A stretch of DNA of 64,000 nt, counting the filler, from Dirinaria sp. TL-2023a (Eukaryota), in assembly GCA_051941275.1 (NCBI GenBank). It is 7 parts of 7 records of this genome, joined end to end, with 100 filler letters (N's around TTAATTAATTAA, not from the genome) between each part and the next. Parts side by side here need not be neighbours in the genome. Positions count along the whole stretch, not along the records: positions 55,778 to 64,000 come from JAVEBF010001210.1; 6 more parts are not named here. The stretch is one strand, 5' to 3'. Of this stretch, positions 61,601 through 64,000 are shown one piece after another. The position numbers and the translations under genes were made by a program. The notes below the pieces were generated by a model that ran no database searches, was not told the DNA's origin, and was given only the letters and a program-made list of their open reading frames with translations. The stretch's first letter is position 1. The number at the start of each line of letters is the position of its first letter.

Positions 61601-63966
61601 CAGATGGATTGAGGAAGCCATTCCCAATGAATAATATGCAAACGATGACTACGTCAGGCGCCAAGGGATCTTCCGTCAATGCAAGTCTTATATCGTGCAA
61701 CCTTGGACAGCAAGTACTTGAAGGGAGAAGAGTGCCCGTCATGGTGAGCGGGAAGACACTTCCATCCTTCAAACCGTTTGAAACCGATATTCGAGCCGGG
61801 GGATATATTCGCGATCGATTTCTCACCGGCGTCAGACCACAAGAATATTTCTTTCACGCTATGGCTGGGCGGGAGGGACTGATTGACACTGCGATCAAGA
61901 CGGCAAGCTCGGGTTACCTGCAGCGATGCCTGATCAAAGGTATGGAAGGATTGACGGTCCAGTACGACGGTTCAGTCAGAGACTCTGACGGCACGATGGT
62001 TGAATTTCTGTACGGAGAGGATGGGCTGGATGTCACCAAGCAGAAGCATCTTACGGATTTTACGTTCCTCGCCGAGAACTATCTGTCGCTCGTTGCTCAA
62101 CTCAATGTCAAGGAAGAGTATTCGAAGCTTAGTGATCACGGTGCCTCCCAATGGCACAAGGCAGCTATGAAGAAGGTTAGGAAGACTGGACTTCTCGATG
62201 CGATGGATCCAGCCTTGGCACTGTTCAATCCAGGAAGCTCGATGGGCAGCACGTCAGAAAAGTTCACAGCAGCTTTGAAGATGTACTGCGAACAGCATCC
62301 AGAGAAATTTCTGAAAGGCAAGAAGAAAAGTGGCGAAGCCGCCATATCCAAGAAGACATTCGCGACTTTGCTTGACATGAAATACATGAAGTCGGTTGTA
62401 GACCCTGGCGAGGCTGTGGGGATCATTGCCGGCCAATCAATCGGCGAACCATCGACTCAGATGACCTTAAACACCTTCCATCTTGCTGGCCATTCTGCTA
62501 AGAATGTCACTTTGGGGATTCCACGCCTTCGCGAGATCGTCATGATGGCGAGCAAGTTCATCGCAACCCCTACAATGACGCTTCACCTCATACCCGAGCT
62601 AACGGAAGAGGCTGGTCAAAAATTCGCCAAAGGCATAACAAAGCTTACATTAGGAGAGATTATCGATAGCATTACGGTCAGTGAGTCTATAGGTCCAGGG
62701 ATTGGATTTGAATCTGCCAGGAAGTACGATATTCGACTGGATTTCTTCCCATCCGAGGAATATAAGGAAACGTACGCCATTGAGATTGGTGACGTATTGA
62801 GAACCCTGGAGTATAAGTTTATTCCGCAACTTGTCCGAGCGATAAAGAAGGAGCTCACGCTTAAGGGCGATGCGAAGCTTCTGAAAACAGGACATTCACA
62901 ACCTAAAATCGGCGAGTCCGCCGGCACTGTCCAGGACTTGCCCTCCCGTGCAGACGCCGAACGCGAAGGTGGGGACGATGACGAGGATGACGATGGGGAC
63001 GATGATGCAACAAACAACAAACAAAAACAGAACCAAGCTGAAGCAATCTCCTATGCCGAGCCCGACGAGGACGAAAAAGCCATTATGCAGGATGCGCGAC
63101 GACAGCGCACTGCTGGCGCAGAATTAGAGGACGAAGGCTTCAGCGGTAGCCCTCGCGAGAATCAAGCCGACGACACCGACGACACCGACATGGAGGAAGA
63201 GCAGCAAACCACACCATCCAAAATCGGCGCCACTCTCGCCCAAGAACGTCTCGAGCGCTTACAATCCAAGCACCCACCACTCACCAAATTCCACTTCGAC
63301 CCCTTGGCCGGCAACGCCTGCAGGCTGCAACTGGAATACGACGCCTCAACCGCCAAGCTGCTTCTGCTCCCCCTCGTCGAATCCGTCTGCCGCGCCACCA
63401 TAATCCAATCCATCCCCGGCATCACAAGCGGGACGTACGCGCTCGAAAAAGTCAAAGACCCAACCACCGGCAAAGACCTCAAAAACGCCGCCACCGGCGC
63501 CGACGTCACGGAAGCAGTCATCCACACCCGCGGCGTCAACCTGCCGGCCATGCACGCCTACCAGTCTCTACTCGACCCGCACCGCCTGCGCACCAACTCG
63601 GTGCACCACATGCACCGGCACTACGGCATCGAAGCGGCGCGCGGGGTCATCATCCTCGAGCTCGGCGCCGTCTTCGCGTCCCACTCCATCGCCGTCGACG
63701 CCCGCCACCTCGCCCTCATCGCCGACGTCATGACCCAGGCCGGCGCCTACCGGCCCTTCAGCCGCACGGGTATCCAGCGCGGGAAAACGAGCCCGCTGGG
63801 CAAGATGAGCTTCGAGACCACGGTCGCGTTTTTGAGGGATGCGGTGCTGGAGGGCGATTGGGATGATTTGAAGGGGCCCAGTGCCAGGATCGCGGTGGGG
63901 AAGGTGGTTAAGGTTGGCACGGGCGGGTTTGATGTTTTTATGCCGGTTTCGGATGGTTCTTCTTGA
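58689..63966 (+). CDS. RPA190: RNA polymerase I largest subunit (2 introns near the 5' end)
   Basis: GGLYDAALGA, Zn motif C..[39 protein letters not shown], catalytic YNADFDGDEMN and QSIGEPSTQMTLNTFH. Confidence 0.97.
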
Positions 63967-64000
63967 GGATAATTGTTGATGTTATAGTGAGGTTTTACTC

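Overview
Eukaryotic DNA from a filamentous ascomycete (Pezizomycotina), judged by short GT-AG introns with CTRAY branch points and fungal housekeeping genes. The window is not one locus. It is seven pieces joined by six identical 100-nt linkers (44 N + TTAATTAATTAA + 44 N). The complete pieces are 9200, 9194, 9194, 9193 and 9189 bp, i.e. size-sorted contigs, so adjacency across a linker is meaningless. Conserved genes: APC10 (partial), LEU2, a Pth11-like membrane protein, a Usa1/HERP-like UBL protein, a secreted SnoaL-like protein, a METTL25-like methyltransferase, TLG1, an AA11 LPMO, SIN cdc14, HRD1, a Yox1-like homeobox factor, an FAH-family hydrolase, eIF4A, an F-box/JmjC protein, CTR2, EAF6, a CYP52-like P450, TUP1, LIN1, RVB2, PRP3 and RPA190. 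Three signals not explained by these genes stand out. (1) On the 37.2-46.4 kb contig there is a Kex2-type repeat-peptide gene with a YPDSY core, next to a decayed UstYa/DUF3328-like relic and a P450 lacking the catalytic Thr; this is a candidate, partly eroded, dikaritin-type RiPP locus. (2) A ~360-nt, densely base-paired, non-coding + strand element at 26741-27101 ends in an oligo-T tract, and I cannot assign it to a known fungal RNA family. (3) A 158-bp TA-flanked foldback/MITE with telomere-like arms lies at 11134-11291. All family calls come from motif recognition by eye; no searches were run.
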